DNA of 64,000 nucleotides from Candidatus Marinacidobacterales bacterium (GTDB taxonomy: Bacteria; Acidobacteriota; Vicinamibacteria; Marinacidobacterales; DATDRI01), in NCBI GenBank assembly GCA_965226495.1, contig OZ245365.1:6048001-6112000 (forward strand). Reading direction: 5' to 3'. Shown piece after piece: positions 1 to 10,094 of the stretch; within the stretch, counting starts at the first letter, position 1; each line of letters begins with the position of its first letter. Made by a program: the position numbers and the translations under genes. The notes beneath the pieces were generated by a model that was not told where the DNA came from, made no database searches, and saw only the letters and a list, made by a program, of their open reading frames with translations.

Positions 1-2082
1 TTGCACCGGCTGGCCACTTCCGTCGGAAGGCACCGAGAAGATATTCCACCCACTCTCGCGATCCGAAGAAAAGGTCACCTGCTTTCCGTCGGGTGTCCAA
101 ATGGGAATGCTGTCGTTCCCTTGCTCGAACGAGAGCCGGGTCATCGTTTCCCGAGCGATCTCCAAGACCCAAATGTCGATGCTTTGAGCATCTACCGCGG
201 TGAGGGCGAGTCGTTTACCGTCGGGCGATAGCCGAGGTTCCACGACGGTCTTAGATTCTTCCAGCAGTGGACGAGACACTCCCTGCCGGTCCACCATCAT
301 CAATGTAACTTCGGGCGCCAAGGCGGCGGCCCCTCCCTCCCCGTAAACCAGCGCGCCATCGTGGGAGATCCCGAACTGGTTTGGCTGCACTTCTTCGACC
401 ATGGGAACCGGTGCTCCGGTCACCTCGAGCCGATCCAGGTCGAAGGGCACGGCGAGCAGCTGACTCCCTTGTGAGTAGACGAGGTGACCGGTGGGAGCAT
501 ACCGGCCACCGCCGGCCCCTTCGATGAGAGTGTGTATCTCACCGGTCTCCCGGTCGAGCGCCGCGACGTTCGCGGAGGCATTAGTAATGACCGTGAACAC
601 CACCGCCTTGCCTCCCGGCACTACGTCCGGATGGCGGTGGGATGTCTCACCCTTCTCCTTGTCGAGCTCGGTTAGGGGTTCCGGCGTACCGCCCCCGGTC
701 GGGATCATCGATAGACCCAGCCCCTCCGCCGTCGTCGTTCCGAAAACGATGACGGCGTCCTCGCCCCAACTGCCCCCTCGCAGGGTCGGACAGTCGCACA
801 GCGTGACCGGCAGTCCACCGCTGATCGATACTCTCTGCAGCTTGCCGTCCGCCCAGAACCCGACCCACTGCCCATCCGAGGAAAAGAAAGGCTGAATCGC
901 GTTCTCCGTGCCCTGAATCCGTGTCGGCGCAACCTGATCCATCCGGCGGAGATAGAGGTGTTGACCATCCTGACCGAACGAGACGTACGCGATGTGGGAG
1001 CTATCGGGAGAGAGAGCGATGCGAGTGGGAATCCATCGTTCGTTGATTGGGAAATCAATTTCAAAACGCGTGACGGGCCTAGGTGCGGGTGGCGTGCTGA
1101 AGAGAGCCCAGCCTAGGATGGCGGCCGCGGTAATACCCACAACGAAGCTCACCGCGCTCCAGAGGATCCGCTCGCGGCCGAGACCACGAGCCGCTCCGAC
1201 CGCTGCTTGCGGGCCGGCCTCGGCGATCCATTCGAGCTCGCGCGCCACGTCACCGGCGCTCTGCCAGCGTTGGTCGGGATCTTTCGCCAAACATCTGCGG
1301 ATCACATGTTCTAGCGCGACCGGGGAAAGTGGGGTCACTGCAGAAACAGGTTCCGGATTCGCCGACATGATGGCCGAGATCAAACTCGCTTGGCTCTTGC
1401 CCTCGAACGCTTTCTTGCCGGTCACCATTTCGTAGATGACGGCCCCGAGCGCAAAGATGTCGGTTCGAGCGTCGATCTCTCCGCCTTCCAGTTGCTCGGG
1501 AGCCATGTACTGGAAGGTTCCGAGGATCGTTCCCGCCGCGGTCAACGATCTATGCTCGGTGGGCAAGGCGGAAAGCGTCGACAGCTCCGGAGTCGGTGCG
1601 GTGGAGCCCGCGAGCTTGGCCAAGCCGAAGTCCAGAAGCTTCGCCCCGGTCTTGCTGAGCATGATATTGCCGGGCTTCAAATCGCGGTGCACTACGCCGG
1701 CGCGGTGCGCCTTTTCCAGGGCGTCGGCGATCTCGGTCGCGTAAGTCAGCGCTTCATCGAAAGGAAGGGCCCCCTTCTTCAAACGATCGGCTAGGGACTC
1801 GCCTTCGATGTGCTCCATGACCAGGAAGTCGGTCTTGCCTTCTCGGCCAATGTCGTGGAGCGTGCAGATATGAGGGTGATTGAGACTCGAGACCGCGCGG
1901 GCTTCGCGCTCGAACCGTTCTCGCAGCTCGGAACTGCCGGAGAGATGCGACGAAAGCACCTTGATCGCAACGCTGCGATCGAGTCGCGTGTCCTTGGCCT
2001 TATAGACCTCGCCCATCCCCCCCGCTCCGAGGGGGGACAAAATCTCGTAAGGTCCGAGCCGATCTCCAGCGCTAAGAGCCAT
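1..2082 (-). CDS. Ser/Thr protein kinase with TM helix and PD40/TolB-like beta-propeller (3' end runs off window)
   Basis: Manual translation from ATG 2082: MALSAGDRLGPYEILSPLGAGGMGEVYKAKDTRLDRSVAIKVL, HRDLKPGN, DFGLA, later SPDG repeats (PRLSPDGKRLA). Not in ORF track because no stop is reached. Confidence 0.93.
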   Translation of the reverse strand, partial: MALSAGDRLGPYEILSPLGAGGMGEVYKAKDTRLDRSVAIKVLSSHLSGSSELRERFEREARAVSSLNHPHICTLHDIGREGKTDFLVMEHIEGESLADRLKKGALPFDEALTYATEIADALEKAHRAGVVHRDLKPGNIMLSKTGAKLLDFGLAKLAGSTAPTPELSTLSALPTEHRSLTAAGTILGTFQYMAPEQLEGGEIDARTDIFALGAVIYEMVTGKKAFEGKSQASLISAIMSANPEPVSAVTPLSPVALEHVIRRCLAKDPDQRWQSAGDVARELEWIAEAGPQAAVGAARGLGRERILWSAVSFVVGITAAAILGWALFSTPPAPRPVTRFEIDFPINERWIPTRIALSPDSSHIAYVSFGQDGQHLYLRRMDQVAPTRIQGTENAIQPFFSSDGQWVGFWADGKLQRVSISGGLPVTLCDCPTLRGGSWGEDAVIVFGTTTAEGLGLSMIPTGGGTPEPLTELDKEKGETSHRHPDVVPGGKAVVFTVITNASANVAALDRETGEIHTLIEGAGGGRYAPTGHLVYSQGSQLLAVPFDLDRLEVTGAPVPMVEEVQPNQFGISHDGALVYGEGGAAALAPEVTLMMVDRQGVSRPLLEESKTVVEPRLSPDGKRLALTAVDAQSIDIWVLEIARETMTRLSFEQGNDSIPIWTPDGKQVTFSSDRESGWNIFSVPSDGSGQPVQ

Positions 2083-2084
2083 GG

Positions 2085-2120
2085 CCCCTCACCCAATCCC
2101 TCTCCCCAAAGGGGAGAGGG
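2085..2120 (+). repeat. Palindromic REP-like element CCCCTCACCC-AAT-CCCTCTCCCC-AAA-GGGGAGAGGG
   Basis: 10-bp perfect stem; same family at 34627, 36250 and about 36892. Confidence 0.8.
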
Positions 2121-2248
2121 ATAGATCGAGTGACGAGGCGAGTGCACACGAGAGCCTCGTCAAACCAAGAATAGTCGTACCAGGATCAAGGGCCATAAGC
2201 AGCAAAACGATAGCGCTTTACCCGTTGAAAAGTCAACGAGAGGGACGG

Positions 2249-4099
2249 TTAGAAACCCATGGCGGATGTCTCGCGTCGCACATCACCGGCGGCGACGAGA
2301 ACTCCGGTCACGGGATCCCGATAGGTGACCGTCGGGGCGCAAGCCAGCCAGTTCCACCGGCCCCACGACTGCACGTCGTGTCCGCGGCTTCGCAATACCT
2401 CGGCGGTGTAGTCGGGGATTCGACTCTCCAGCTTGATAACCCCTGGATTCTCGTTCTTGTCGGTCCCGGTCGCAGGAAAGTTGTAGCTACCGAAGCGAGG
2501 TTGATCGAGGGCTTGTTCCGGTGACATGTCCCAGACCACGACGTTCAAGAACACTTGTAAGAGAGACTGCACCTGCTGATCCCCGCCGGGAGTGGAAAGT
2601 CCCATGAACGGCTTCCCATCCTTCATTATTAGTAAGGGAGAGTTGGTGTTGCGGGGCCGTTTTCTCGGTGCCACGACGTTTGCGAGCTCGGGGTCGAGAT
2701 CGAATTGGCCCATGCGGTTGCTGAGGCCAAAGCCCCAGCCGGGGACCATCGGCGTCATCATGTGGCCGTCGCTCTCGGTCATGGAGAAGACGTTCCCCTC
2801 GCCATCCATCACGTTCAAGGAAGAGGTGTCGAGAACCAGCGTCGATTCACCGGCTACTCCCGCGAAGCTCCGTGCCAAGTCGGTCGCCTGGCCCTCCATC
2901 GATTCGGGATCGCCCCATGGGGGCATGTCCTTGAAAGCCTTTCCCATGTCGATGAGCTTTGCCCTCTCCCGCCCGTAGGCCTTCGAGTAGAGGGCGGTGG
3001 GTGTGTCGTTGAAGTCAGGGTCCCCCACGTACTTGTAGCTATCGGCCATCGCCAGGTTGATGACTTGAGAAAGGACGTGAATGTAGTCGGCGGTGTTGTA
3101 ACCGAGAGACTCGAGGTCGAAGGCCTCTAGCATGTTCAGCATCAAGATGAGCCGCGGCCCTTGAGACCAGCCGTCACAAGCGTACACGTCGTAGCCCATG
3201 AACGTCGTGTGGAGGGGAGCCATCCACTTGCCTTCGTATCCGGCGAGATCCTGGTAAGTCAAAATGCCGTCGTTCTCCGTGTAAAACTTCGCTGCGGCGC
3301 GCGCCGCGTCACCTTTATAGAAAGCATCTCTCGCCGCACGAATCCCGGTCGACCGATCTCCTCCTCGGGCGAGCACTTTCTTTTCGGCCTCGATCATCAA
3401 TCTCATGACGCGGCCGAGGTCGCGGTTCACCATCAGATCGCCTAAACGCTCGTTGCCGACGCCACGCGGAAACCAAAACTTCACGTTGTAAGGGTATTTG
3501 CGGAGATCTTCTCCCATCCACGTGAGCATCCATTTCTGCATCTTGTAGAGGTGGTACCCCTCCTCGGCGATCGTGAGCGCGGGCTCGACCGCCTCGGTAA
3601 AGCTGATGGTCCCAAACCGGTCGAGTGCCGCGAGCCAGACATCGACGTCGGCGGGAATGAGTGCGGTATTGAAATTGTTTTTCCCGACCTCCTGGAAATA
3701 CTCGAGCGTTGCCTTCGCCGGGGCGGTGCCGGCTCCCACCCTGGTGATCACAGCGTTTTCGGAGGCGCTATAGAGAACGAGAGGGGCGACTCCGTTCCAG
3801 CCGGCGAAGCCCATTTTGGTGACCTTGAGGGCCATCGCCGCGGTCACCCCGGCATCGAAGGCGTTCCCGCCCGATCGAAGTGCTTCGATACCGGCCAGTG
3901 TCGCCAGGTAGTGTCCAGTTGCCAAGACACCGTTGCTCCCCATGACCCGAGGTCGCATCGACTCGAAGTTATTTCCATCGTAGACGTGTCCATAGCTCTC
4001 GAACGGTGACACGTGATCCATGATCGTTCGGTCGTTCGATTGAGAAGCGAGGATCGATGCGACTCCAAGGAAGACAAAGACCGGTAAAATTCGTTTCAT
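2249..4099 (-). CDS. ggt: Gamma-glutamyltransferase family protein, exported
   Basis: GGNAFDA, Thr nucleophile context DTSSLNV, TPGGDQQ; signal peptide MKRILPVFVFLG; AGGAG RBS before ATG 4099. Confidence 0.9.
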   Translation of the reverse strand: MKRILPVFVFLGVASILASQSNDRTIMDHVSPFESYGHVYDGNNFESMRPRVMGSNGVLATGHYLATLAGIEALRSGGNAFDAGVTAAMALKVTKMGFAGWNGVAPLVLYSASENAVITRVGAGTAPAKATLEYFQEVGKNNFNTALIPADVDVWLAALDRFGTISFTEAVEPALTIAEEGYHLYKMQKWMLTWMGEDLRKYPYNVKFWFPRGVGNERLGDLMVNRDLGRVMRLMIEAEKKVLARGGDRSTGIRAARDAFYKGDAARAAAKFYTENDGILTYQDLAGYEGKWMAPLHTTFMGYDVYACDGWSQGPRLILMLNMLEAFDLESLGYNTADYIHVLSQVINLAMADSYKYVGDPDFNDTPTALYSKAYGRERAKLIDMGKAFKDMPPWGDPESMEGQATDLARSFAGVAGESTLVLDTSSLNVMDGEGNVFSMTESDGHMMTPMVPGWGFGLSNRMGQFDLDPELANVVAPRKRPRNTNSPLLIMKDGKPFMGLSTPGGDQQVQSLLQVFLNVVVWDMSPEQALDQPRFGSYNFPATGTDKNENPGVIKLESRIPDYTAEVLRSRGHDVQSWGRWNWLACAPTVTYRDPVTGVLVAAGDVRRETSAMGF

Positions 4100-4109
4100 G
4101 TGTTTCTCC

Positions 4110-5984
4110 TTAGGAACCCAGGCGGAACTTCTGACGGAACCGCATCTGTACGCGAACCTTGGCACCGTCTTTTTCCGCGGGCTCGTATCGCCATTCGGTG
4201 ATGGCATCGAGCACGGCCTTGTCCAGAACCGGGCTCGCAGATTCGACGATGCGGATGTCGATGGGGATGCCCTCCTCGGTCACAATAAACTCGGCCACGA
4301 CGCGGCCCTGCTGTCTCATCTTGCGCGCCATCGGTGGATACGATGGAGGACTACCGGAGATTCTCTTCGGCGCCTTGTCGTCCGGCCCGAGCGTAACGAG
4401 CCCGGTTGGGGTCGGGGGTGGCTCGGCGTCGGGGGCTTCTTTCTCCGGGGCCGTCACCGATTCCTTGCGCGGTGGTTTAGCCGCCGCGACCTTGGGTGCC
4501 GGTGCCGTGTGACGCCGCCGCAATCTTGCCTCGACGTTCAGGCTCTCTCCTGCTCCCGCGGAGACGATGGAGCGCCAAGGATCGTAACCACTTCTTTCCA
4601 CGAGAATTTCGTGTTGGCCCGGCTTGAGCGTCCATTCTTCGATGGGCGCGTTACCGATCACTTCACCGTCGATCGAGACTTGTGCTCCTTCTGGTTGGGA
4701 TTCGAGGAAGAGCGCTACGTCGGCCGGCGACATCGCGAATACGAGGTTCTCTTCGCCGGGGATGGTGATGATCGATTCAACGGGAAGGAACCCTTCCATG
4801 GCGATCCGCACATCGTGTTCACCCGCTTCGAGCTCCGGAAGTTTCAAGGGCGCCGTGCCGGCGAGACTGCCTCCTACCCAAACCTCCGCTCCCAACGGGT
4901 AGGTCTCGATCCGAGGCGCGTAGGAGCCGGAAAAGAGAAACGTCATGACCGCCCAACCGATTGCGAGGGCGCCTATCATGGCGACGGCTCCTATCGTCCG
5001 TTTCCGCCGGTCTCGCGGTCCCTGACGCCTGCGGGTGGTGCTCGATGTCGATTCCGCCCCGCATGCTTCGCCCAGATTGTCGAGAGCCAGTGTCTCCTCG
5101 ACTTGGCTCACGTCAGGAGCCACCGGCGTCTTCTTGGCCTCGGCCGGTGTCGAGACAATCGGAATCTGGAACTGGTCGAACTGCTTCAGATTAAGAGCGG
5201 ACACAAATTCCGGGAAACTCGTGAATCGTTCTGACGGCTTCTTCGCCAGCGCGCAACGGAAGATATCCTCGTACTCGCGAGGGAGCTCGGCTTTCAGCTC
5301 GTGCGGTGGGATCGGGGGAGCATGAACGACCTTATAGAGAACGGTCGTAATGCTGTCACCGGGAAATGGCTTCTTCCCGGTCAGCATCTCGTACGTAACG
5401 ACCGATAGCGAGTACAAATCCACCTGCGCGTTAGCCTTCCCGTGCTCGATCTGCTCTGGAGCCATGTATGACGGCGAACCGAGGAATTGCCCCACCGACG
5501 TCATCACCGTGGACTCCAAATGAACGAGGCCGAAGTCCATGATCGTTGGGCTTCCGTCCTCGAGAATCATGATGTTCGCCGGTTTGACGTCTCGGTGGAA
5601 GATCCCAAGCTCGTGCGCGTACTGGAGAGCGTCGGCGATGGGTGAAACCACCTCCATGGTCTCGTCCAGGGACAGGGAGCCGCGCTCGGCAAGGAGTGCC
5701 AAGAGGCTTTTGCCCTCTAGATACTCCATCACGAAGAAGTTCTCACCGACGTCGAAGATGGTCACGATGTTGGGATGGGAGAGCTGGCCGACTGCGCGTG
5801 ACTCGCGCTGGAAACGTTTTTGGTACTCGCCGGTTTCGTCTTGTGCGAGGACGTCGGCCTTGATGGCTTTGACCGCGACGACCCTGCCAACGAGCGGGTC
5901 ACGCGCCTTGTAGACGGTGCCCATAGCTCCCTGGCCTATTTCACCGAGGATCTCGTAGCGACCGAACGTCTTCTTCTTGGGCAT
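4110..5984 (-). CDS. Ser/Thr kinase - TM - 2x PEGA - TonB C-terminal domain fusion
   Basis: GQGAMG, HRDVKPAN, DFG, YMAPE; PEGA-like ESQPEGAQVSIDG; Pro-rich linker; TonB_C-like YPPMARKMRQQGRV...WRYEPA. Confidence 0.88.
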   Translation of the reverse strand: MPKKKTFGRYEILGEIGQGAMGTVYKARDPLVGRVVAVKAIKADVLAQDETGEYQKRFQRESRAVGQLSHPNIVTIFDVGENFFVMEYLEGKSLLALLAERGSLSLDETMEVVSPIADALQYAHELGIFHRDVKPANIMILEDGSPTIMDFGLVHLESTVMTSVGQFLGSPSYMAPEQIEHGKANAQVDLYSLSVVTYEMLTGKKPFPGDSITTVLYKVVHAPPIPPHELKAELPREYEDIFRCALAKKPSERFTSFPEFVSALNLKQFDQFQIPIVSTPAEAKKTPVAPDVSQVEETLALDNLGEACGAESTSSTTRRRQGPRDRRKRTIGAVAMIGALAIGWAVMTFLFSGSYAPRIETYPLGAEVWVGGSLAGTAPLKLPELEAGEHDVRIAMEGFLPVESIITIPGEENLVFAMSPADVALFLESQPEGAQVSIDGEVIGNAPIEEWTLKPGQHEILVERSGYDPWRSIVSAGAGESLNVEARLRRRHTAPAPKVAAAKPPRKESVTAPEKEAPDAEPPPTPTGLVTLGPDDKAPKRISGSPPSYPPMARKMRQQGRVVAEFIVTEEGIPIDIRIVESASPVLDKAVLDAITEWRYEPAEKDGAKVRVQMRFRQKFRLGS

Positions 5985-6118
5985 GGCGAGATTGTTGTTG
6001 CGGTGAGTGAAAGGTGGTTGGTGGCCCTAGGCTCACCCCCGGCACGCCGAAAAGAATACACCCAGCGCCCCCGGCCTTGCAAGCCCACCGTGATATCTTC
6101 GGGCCGGGAGAGTGGAAA

Positions 6119-7606
6119 ATGAAGAACTTCCTAGCTTTTCTCGTGCTAGCGAGCGTCTTAGCCATCGGTCCAGGCGGCGCCCAGGAATTGCACGATCTTC
6201 AAGGGCCTCCGTATCGACCGACGAAGCCCATCGCCATCGTGGGAGGGCTGCTCATCGATGGTAACGGCGGGGCGCCGCAGCATGACCAGGCTATTCTCAT
6301 CGTCGGCGAGCGCATTGATTGGATCGGCCCCATGGAGGAGATCCAGTTCCCGAAGGGGGCCGAAGTCATCGATGCAAAAGGCATGACCATCATGCCCGGT
6401 CTCATCAACGGGAACGCCTATATCCAACTGCGGGCCATTTACCCTGCCCCGGCCGCCGATCTCACCCTCGAGGAGTTCCAGGCTCGTTGGGAGGAGACCT
6501 GGTCCACTTGGAAAAAGCGCGCCTTCACCTGGCTGATGCGAGGAGTGACCGGTATCCGGAACACCAGCGGCCCCTTAAGTAAGGTGCGGGCGTGGAAGCA
6601 CGCCATCGAGAGGGGAGAGGTCGCCGGGCCTCGCGTCTACTTGGGCGGGACTCTTATTTTCAGCGAGCCTCACTTCAAGTTCTGGACGCGGAACACGCCG
6701 GACCCCGCCGCGGTCGAGTGGATGCGAAACGATTTCGCCTTCACCGTCATTAGTGACGTGGACAAGGATACCGACGCCCTCGTGGCAGAGGACATCGATT
6801 ATTGGAAGTTCTATTTCTCCAACGAGACCTGGGACGGCAAGAACGACTTCTCGGACGAAGAAGTGAAGGCCATCATCGACAAAGCGCACAAGAATGGGAT
6901 TCGCATCGACGCCCACTGTGGGGTTCACATGCGCCGGGCCGTCGAGCTGGGGGTCGACACCGTGCAGCATCCCTTTTCGAGCCGGGGGCTCGTCGAAGGG
7001 GACATCATCGACAATTTTGCAAGTAAAGGTGTCTTCGCATCGACTTGTCTCGCCCACGGCCTGATCCAATCAGAGTTCGCCGCCGACCCGCATCAGTTGA
7101 ACGAGACTCTGTACTCCACGTCCCTCACCGATGACGAGTATCGAACTCTGGTCCGCTACCGAGATCGGATGATCTGGAACAGGAATCATCCCGACGAGCC
7201 GGCGCTACTCATCGGCGACCCACAGCCGTTTGCGAATCGGGGCCGGCGCACGTTTCGTCAACAGCAGGAAGGCATGCAGATGGCGAAGGAGAACATGCGG
7301 CGGTTCATCAAGGCAGGAGTCAAGTTCTTCATGGCTACCGACACCGGCGCTTTCTTGAACTTCCAGCAGCAAAACCCCGACGTTCTCGAGATGCGATCGA
7401 TGGTCGAGCTTGGCATGACACCGATGCAGGCGATACTTTCGGCAACTCGCAACGGTGCCGAAGCGCTGGGCGTACTCGATGAAGTGGGAACGGTGGAGGT
7501 GGGCAAGCTCGCGGATGTGATCGTGGTGCCCGGCAACCCGCTTCTCGACATGAACGTGATGAAGCGGGTCTACGTGACGATTAAGGGCGGAGTTCGGTAT
7601 AAGTAA
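6119..7606 (+). CDS. Amidohydrolase family protein, exported, atypical metal site
   Basis: IDAKGMTIMPGLI, ATDTG, GTVEVGKLAD; signal peptide from ATG 6119. Confidence 0.85.
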   Translation: MKNFLAFLVLASVLAIGPGGAQELHDLQGPPYRPTKPIAIVGGLLIDGNGGAPQHDQAILIVGERIDWIGPMEEIQFPKGAEVIDAKGMTIMPGLINGNAYIQLRAIYPAPAADLTLEEFQARWEETWSTWKKRAFTWLMRGVTGIRNTSGPLSKVRAWKHAIERGEVAGPRVYLGGTLIFSEPHFKFWTRNTPDPAAVEWMRNDFAFTVISDVDKDTDALVAEDIDYWKFYFSNETWDGKNDFSDEEVKAIIDKAHKNGIRIDAHCGVHMRRAVELGVDTVQHPFSSRGLVEGDIIDNFASKGVFASTCLAHGLIQSEFAADPHQLNETLYSTSLTDDEYRTLVRYRDRMIWNRNHPDEPALLIGDPQPFANRGRRTFRQQQEGMQMAKENMRRFIKAGVKFFMATDTGAFLNFQQQNPDVLEMRSMVELGMTPMQAILSATRNGAEALGVLDEVGTVEVGKLADVIVVPGNPLLDMNVMKRVYVTIKGGVRYK

Positions 7607-7608
7607 TG

Positions 7609-7872
7609 CTACACCAGGCCGCGATAGACGTCTTTCCGGTGACGAATGCGAAGCACGAAGACGACGAGCCTCTCTTTTTCGATGGAGTAAACGATCCGAT
7701 ACTCGCCGACGCGAAACCGGTACAGGCCTTTGTAGGGCCCGGACAGTGGCTTGCCCTGGAACGGAGCCACAGCGAGGATGTTCTCCGCGACGTCGAGTGC
7801 TCGGGCCCGGAGCGATTTAGGTAATGACTTCAGATCCTTGGCGACGCTCTTCGCATACTCGACTCTAAACAC
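7609..7872 (-). CDS. relE: Type II toxin, RelE/ParE family
   Basis: 87 aa, LYRFRVGEYRIVY...IRHRKDVY; overlaps antitoxin stop. Confidence 0.9.
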   Translation of the reverse strand: MFRVEYAKSVAKDLKSLPKSLRARALDVAENILAVAPFQGKPLSGPYKGLYRFRVGEYRIVYSIEKERLVVFVLRIRHRKDVYRGLV

Positions 7873-8077
7873 CGAGCTTCTTTCTCATCTCGGAAGGACT
7901 CAATCGCTCCTCGTGAAGTCTCTCCTTCGCGATTTGAAAGTCTTCCAGCTCTTCGAGATACGCTTCGATGGCTTTCGAGACGAGCCAGGATCGATTTCGC
8001 TCCGTCTCCTTTGCCAGCGCGTCCAGCCGCTCCAATAGGTCCTCGCTCACGGTGGCGCTGATGTTCTTCTTGCTCAT
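7865..8077 (-). CDS. Ribbon-helix-helix antitoxin (CopG/RelB-like)
   Basis: ISATVSEDLLERLDALAKETERNRSWLVSKAIEAYL; upstream of RelE. Confidence 0.88.
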   Translation of the reverse strand: MSKKNISATVSEDLLERLDALAKETERNRSWLVSKAIEAYLEELEDFQIAKERLHEERLSPSEMRKKLGV

Positions 8078-8109
8078 CTTTCCATCCGGCTATTACCGAC
8101 TAACATGAG

Positions 8110-8124
8110 TATTATAACATAATA
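8110..8124 (-). promoter_or_regulatory. Extended -10 (TGnTATAAT) of the TA operon, overlapped by inverted repeat TATTAT-N3-ATAATA (likely RHH operator)
   Basis: Minus strand reads TATTATGTTATAATA about 35 bp upstream of the antitoxin ATG. Confidence 0.7.
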
Positions 8125-8167
8125 GGGGGGAAGATTGAAGACACAGCAAGCCGTCTTTCCTCTCCCT

Positions 8168-9845
8168 CTATGTCCCTGTTGTCGCGCGGCGCCCTCGACC
8201 GGGGCGCCGGTCAGCGAGTCTGCGGCCGGCATAGGCTGCGACTTCGGCGAGCTGTTCCAACGGCTGCTCCAGTCGGGGATCCTGAAAGCTGCGAAGCACG
8301 ACTTCCTTCGCGAAGAGGAGTGCTAGATAGCGGAGCTTGAGAGCCGGGCGCTCGGCGATGGCTTGATAGTCTCGATGTCCGCTGTTGACCTCCCAGCGGC
8401 CCTCGAAAAAGCGAGAGCGCCACGGGGGCACCGGGATGATCGACCAGCTCGGGCTCGGGAATCCCCTCGTCGGACGGCCTTCCCGACAACTCCTCCACAA
8501 CCTCGACGGCTACGATCACACCTGCCTCGCGGCCGCCCGCACGTGCTCGCACCGAAAGGCGCCCTTCACCCGGCTCGTCGTCGGCGGTCAAGACCACCTG
8601 TTCGGCGGCAGGTCGACGTCAGTGAGCGTGCCGACGGGACCGGAGAGCTCCCAGAAAAACTCCACGCCGGTTGGAATCACACGGTCTTCGGCGTCCGTGC
8701 CCTGAGCCCGCACGCGTTTCGTCGCACGACACTCGATCAGAACGCGGGACGGGATGACGCGAACGGCTGCCAGGGGACCGGGAGGGAAGAGCTCGGCGAC
8801 CGGCGTCGAGCTCTCGCCGGTCGATGGCTCGTGAGCGGCCAATCCAGGCGGTGCCTCCGTTCCTGCTTGGTCCGCCTTTTCGTCGCCCCCCGTGCCAGCG
8901 CCACCTTCTTCATCTTGTTCCGAGCGAACGGGAAGCATGGAGTAGCGAGGGCGCTGGCGGTAGAAGACCTTCCGCAACCAAAGTGCCGGTCGTGTATAGG
9001 GCGACTCCTCGCGGCTCTGGGCTATTTCTTTCCTCTACGGTGAGATAGATCTCCAAACGGATGGGAGGGTAACCGTCTACCGGCAGCGGTCCGAGTCCTG
9101 CCAGACGTTCGCCGAGGAAGCGAGGCGGTTCGACGGTGATAGACTTTCGGGCGCGACTGCGCGCCATCCGGTCGTCCACGACTAGATCAACGTCTCGTGC
9201 CAGTAGCTGCCCGCGTAGCTCGGAGGCTAGGTAGTCCGACGCCCGCCGAGCAACCAAGCTGCTCATCGCCTCTCGGTGAAGCCCCACCACCACCACTTCC
9301 GTCGAGCGCTCCTCGAAAGTCAATTTGCCCCTCAGCGGCTCAATAACGTACTCGGGCCGGTCCCGGTACAGGATCAAGCGATGGGGTTTGTGACCGCCGA
9401 AGTAACTGCGTATCTCGAGCATCTCACCCAAGCTCCAAAAACCTAGAAGTCCGATGCCATACTGCCCCTGGGTCATGAGCTCGAGTCGTTGCTGCGGAGA
9501 CAGGGATTGCTTTCGACTGTGGCCGATGTGGGTGGCGATGTACCGCAGGGCATCGGGACGGTCCATCTCGGGAATGACGCCCTCCCCGTCGTCGAGAATC
9601 TTGAGACAAGGCACGCCCTTCTCGCGCAGGCGCGTGACACGAATCGAGCGAGCCCCGGCGTCCAGGCTATTCTGGACGAGCTCGGCGAGCGCCTTTCTGG
9701 GATCGGGTTGGCTGAGCGCTAGCCAGCGGATGAGCTCAAAGGGGTCGTGGACTCGGACGCGCCCCTTCTCGACGTCTCGTCCAGTTTTGGCGCGACGTCT
9801 GCAACGTCGGCGTGGTGATTTCGGAAGGTCTTCGGAAGAGAGCAA
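8168..9845 (-). pseudogene. GHKL (HATPase_c/MORC-like) ATP-binding protein broken by three frame changes
   Basis: ELVQNSLDA, DDGEG, GQYGIG motifs; coding sense continues across ORFs 8910-9845, 8588-8977, 8211-8597, 8168-8500. Confidence 0.75.
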
Positions 9846-9861
9846 ATATCGTCTTAATATC

Positions 9862-10080
9862 GGTAGCCAGCGATTACTAGCTCCGGGCGATCCCTGGACG
9901 ACTCATCGTGGCGCGGCGCGCATCTTTTTCGACTGCCGTCGGAAGGGGATAACCGTACGAAGCTCTATCGATTGCCTTATCGCACAGCTGGCGCTCGAGC
10001 ATGACGCTACGCTGCTTCACGATGATGACGACTTCGAGCGGATCCGAAAGGTGAGGCGGTTGACGACGCAACGGAATTAG
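9862..10080 (+). pseudogene. C-terminal half of a VapC/PIN toxin
   Basis: AARIFFDCRRKGITVRSSIDCLIAQLALEHDATLLHDDDDFERI; no start codon or N-terminal PIN motif. Confidence 0.75.
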
Positions 10081-10094
10081 TCGCACATTCACTA

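Noticed and set aside
9454-10080. 208-aa ORF as a full PIN protein
   Set aside because: The N-terminal two-thirds is antisense to the ATPase; only the last ~70 aa are PIN-like.
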